Part shown: positions 60,164 to 64,000 of the stretch, in pieces
How the letters are laid out: each line of letters opens with the position of its first letter
Numbering within the stretch: the first letter of the stretch is position 1
Assembly (NCBI RefSeq): GCF_006345805.1
Contig: NC_042998.1
Location: 166,098,001 to 166,162,000, forward strand
Source: Octopus sinensis
Lineage: Eukaryota
Direction of reading: 5' to 3'
Length of the DNA stretch: 64,000 nucleotides
Notes under the pieces: model-generated
What the model was told of the DNA's origin: nothing
The model's input: only the letters and a program-made list of their open reading frames with translations
Databases searched by the model: none
Program-made: the position numbers and the translations under genes

Positions 60164-62129
60164 GTATAACTGGCACTCTGTCAGTTATGATGACGACGAG
60201 GGTTCTAGTTGAGCCGATAAGTGGAACAATCTGCTCATGAAAGTGGTTGAGCACTCCATAGACACACGTACCTTTAATATAGTTCTTAGGGAGATTCAGT
60301 GAAGCATGGAATATGACAAGGCTGGTGCTATGAAATACAAGTGCTACTTATTTTTGCTTTGCTGAATGGACTGGAGCAATGTGAAATGAATAAAGCATCG
60401 TAATCAAGGAAACAATGGCACCACTGCGAATTAAAGTTACAATTGTGAACCAAATATTTCATGTACCTTCAAGTGCAAATATATATATGTGTGTGTGTGT
60501 GTATCTGTATATATGTATTTCTATGTTGTATATTCATGATCTCGTAAGTTTGTGGGGTTGGACAAAAGGATTTTATCCTTTTCTTTTTTGTTGCATTTAA
60601 AATTAGTCTTTTTTGTATAATATTACATTTTAAGAAAAAAATTAATGAATTTTCAGTTGGTAATGATGTTCTAAAACAATTTTTACATTTTTGACAGTAG
60701 ATCTTGTCTAGGAATAGAGGGTTTGTTTTAATAATGGAAGTGGAGTACAACAGTATAAAAATGGTTTGTAGGCTTAAACTATTTTGTTTTTTTTCTGTTG
60801 AGCAGGCAGTTTCATGTTTCAATGTAGACAAAATTTAATCTCTGGAGGAATATAAGACAAAATTGATCTCAGTAAGAATTGAACTCAATGTAAAGAGCCA
60901 TAACTTCGTACTGAAAGGCATTTTGTTTGATATTCTAACAGTTCTGCCAAATTTAACTACATTGGAGTTTTCAAAACTAAGTCGATTCCAGCAGGATTTG
61001 AACTCTGTCCCTTTTTGATTACTGAATATAGCAGCAGCTTGGTAGTTACTTATGCAGCTAGTATGTCAATCAATGCAACTGTTTTTAATGCAATGTCCCA
61101 AACTTTCTGAACAAAATCTCTATTGATTTACACAAGGAGTAAATACAGCATATAATTAGGAGAAGCTAGTATTGACTGTGATGTCATTAACCTATGAATG
61201 TCTCTTACAATTTGTCTTATCTGTTTAAATAAAACTGTAGGAATATCAAAGTAATTGGATATCTAAATGAAAGCAGACTGGCAACATACATATGTGTGTG
61301 TAATTACATATATGAGACACATGTAACCAGGTAATATAGTTTTTGTTCGTGTAAGCCAGGTATACAAATGAGTCAAGAGTTAGTGGGTGGAATGACTCTG
61401 TGTGAATCAGTCAACCAGATGTGATGAATGGCCTTCAAATATGCATGAGAAAATATAGATTTTTTTTACCACAGATTACCTCATGGAACATTTAAATATT
61501 CCAGTTACTTAATTTCATCAGCTGCTGCCAGTCAAATTAAAAACATTTATATATGTGCCTACCTACCTTTTCTGCTCCTCTGTCCTGTATCATATTCTAT
61601 TATGTCATATTCACCTTGTACCTTGACTTCACATCTCTCCTGCTCTTTGCAGATGCTGAAGCCATGCATTCACCTCTTCAGCAAGATACTTTTTCCTCTA
61701 TTTCCATCATACTTTCATATACCTCAATACTATACCTCACTCTTGTCTGGCAGGTACTTAGTAACCTCACCAGTATTGGTGTCACAAAAAAAAGGAAAAA
61801 GCACCCAGTACACTTTTGTGAAATGGTTTGCATTAAAAATTGCGTTCAGCTGTAGAAACCATTCCGAAACAGACATTGGAGTTTGGCACAGCTTTAGCTC
61901 ATCAGTTCATACTGAACTGTCTAATCCATATCAACATGGAAAAAGGGATGTTAAATGATGATGGCAATGATGATAATCAGGTGTGTGTGTGTGTGTACAC
62001 ATATGCTTGCATGCACTAACAATAGTAAACTATGAAAAATGATGGGGTTTATTTTTGCCCCCTTTCTGTAATTCTTAAGCTTCATACCTTGCTCTGTTTT
62101 CTTCTCATGTTCCTTTTTGTTTTCTTTCA

Positions 62130-62560
62130 GTAATTTTTACCCATTCTTTTCTATCTCATTCTCTCTGAGTAACAAATATCCTGTAAGCATAATACCAGCT
62201 TTCAAGAGCAAAGATAATTTCAGAGTTTCCTCTTTCCAAAGTGGATCAAATCAAACTTATCTTCATTTAAAAGCATATTGTTTTTTTTTTCCCCCACCCA
62301 TTGGCCAATAGCAAACAGATCTGACTGAAAGCATGTTCGGTCTCTCATGCTGTTTATGGCTTTCTGGGTTTTGGAATCATCCACAAAGATTTTCAATGTA
62401 GAATGTTTGATGACGTTCACTATGTTGTTGATGTAAATAATGAAGAGGGGTGGGCCCAACACAGCACCTTGTGGGACACCACTACTAACACACACGTTTG
62501 ATTTAAGAAGCAGACATGATGTTTAATACAATTTTTACAAAACCAATACAGACATCGTAG
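62130..62560 (-). mobile_element. CR1/L2-type RT fragment
   Basis: SSGVPQGAVLGPPLFIIYIN..FVDDSK..QSDL..W..NNMLLNEDKF. Confidence 0.88.
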
Positions 62561-63829
62561 CAAAGTAACTACTCTCGCTGTTATGAATTAAAATCGTGCA
62601 GGAGTAGTTCTGCATGTATCCTTTGTGGTCAATATAAAAAATGCTAATAAAATACTGAGATCAAAGTCATCTTGCAATTCCTCGCTAACTGAATGTGTGC
62701 ATGAAAGAAGTTACTGAAACTGATCTTTGTACTCTAAAAGAAAGCTCTAGAAATTGAGGTAGTTTTTACTGATGAGATTTATTTGAATAAGTTGTGAGGC
62801 CAAAGTCTTTTTTTATTATTTGTATTAATTTTAATCTATTTTTTTTTTACTTATCTCTCCCTGAAAAAGAAAAAAAGGAAAATGGATGCTTTTAGGAATT
62901 CATGACTGAATTCCAGTCTTTTTGTTATACATGTTAAACAAATAAATAGCTTGACCATATTTTTGTATGCTTCATGTGTATGTGATGTAAAGTTGAGACA
63001 ATACATGTCAACATTTTTTGTCTGATATTTCTGTGGTTGAAGATTGTCTTACTGGAGACTATACAAAGCAGCTAGAGAGTTATAGTGCAAATAATCAAAA
63101 GCTACTGGTTGCCTGAGATATATCATTCTTAAATCCTTACAAAGTCCATCTTATTTTGTAAATTTCACTGTTCAAATATTAGCTGTTATATATTCATGAA
63201 GATTTCAAAAAGAGAAGAAAAAATGAAAACACCTATTTTTGTCACATCATCAGCAAGTAATTAACATATATGATCGTCAAAATAACTGGCTCTCATTTGC
63301 ATCAGTAGTTGCATCTTTCAGCCATGCAATCTGCAGAGATAGTCAACGTGGATATAGAACTGAAAAAAAAAGTTAAAATATTGGAATTTGCTATTTTAAT
63401 CATGATTGGAGTTTATATTTTTGTTGTTTTATTTTCATCAATAAACTCGTATATATGTCTCTCTATATATACCACAACTGACTTGGCTTAACATTTATTA
63501 TTATATATATATATATATATGTATTATCTTGTACTTGTTTCAGCCACTGGACCCAGCCTTAGGAATTTCAGTGAAACTAAATTGACCCCAGTACTTTCCT
63601 TTTCAAGTCTGGTACTTATTTTATTAGTTTCCTTTGCTGAATTACTAAGTTACATGGACATAAATGCACCAACACCAGTTGTCACGCACACACACTATAT
63701 ACAATGGACTTCTTTCAGTTTCCATGTACCAAATCCACTCACAAGGCTTTGGTTGAGGCTATTGTAGAAGACATTTTCCAAGGTGGCATGTCGGAAGCAA
63801 GCTTCTTACCATACAGCCATCCCTGTGCC

Positions 63830-63869
<40 letters not shown>

Positions 63870-64000
63870 TGGAGGCACAATGACCTAGTGGCTAGGACAG
63901 CGGACTCGCGGTTGTAGGATCATGGTTTTGATTCCCAGACCGGGCATTGTGAGTGTTTTTTGAGCGAAAATGCCTAAAGCTCCACGAGGCTCCGGCAGGA

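Overview
AT-rich, repeat-dense animal genomic DNA. The SINE families and microsatellite style point to an octopus (inferred). One protein-coding gene spans almost the whole window on the + strand: 11 coding exons (homologous to exons 5-15 of human SLC5A1) of an SLC5/SGLT-SMIT-type sodium:sugar/inositol cotransporter. All junctions are GT-AG and in frame, giving 584 aa plus stop at 59537-59539; the N-terminal exons lie upstream of the window. The introns hold four mariner relics, a probable DD37D (maT) element, a hAT relic, CR1, RTE, R4/Dong-like and Tx1-like LINE fragments, several MITEs, a Helentron-type HINE, dozens of tRNA-derived SINEs and long TA/TG microsatellites. The most striking unannotated signal is a set of about six unrelated non-coding repeat families carrying type I hammerhead ribozyme (HHR) folds or relics. 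Most sit in (TA)n tracts and several show fold-back junctions. The best case (52642-53949) is two inverted, differently circularly permuted ~1.1-mers of a ~590-bp unit, each with a complete HHR fold, as expected for a circular-RNA retrozyme or Penelope pLTR. All folds were read by eye; none has been computed or tested.
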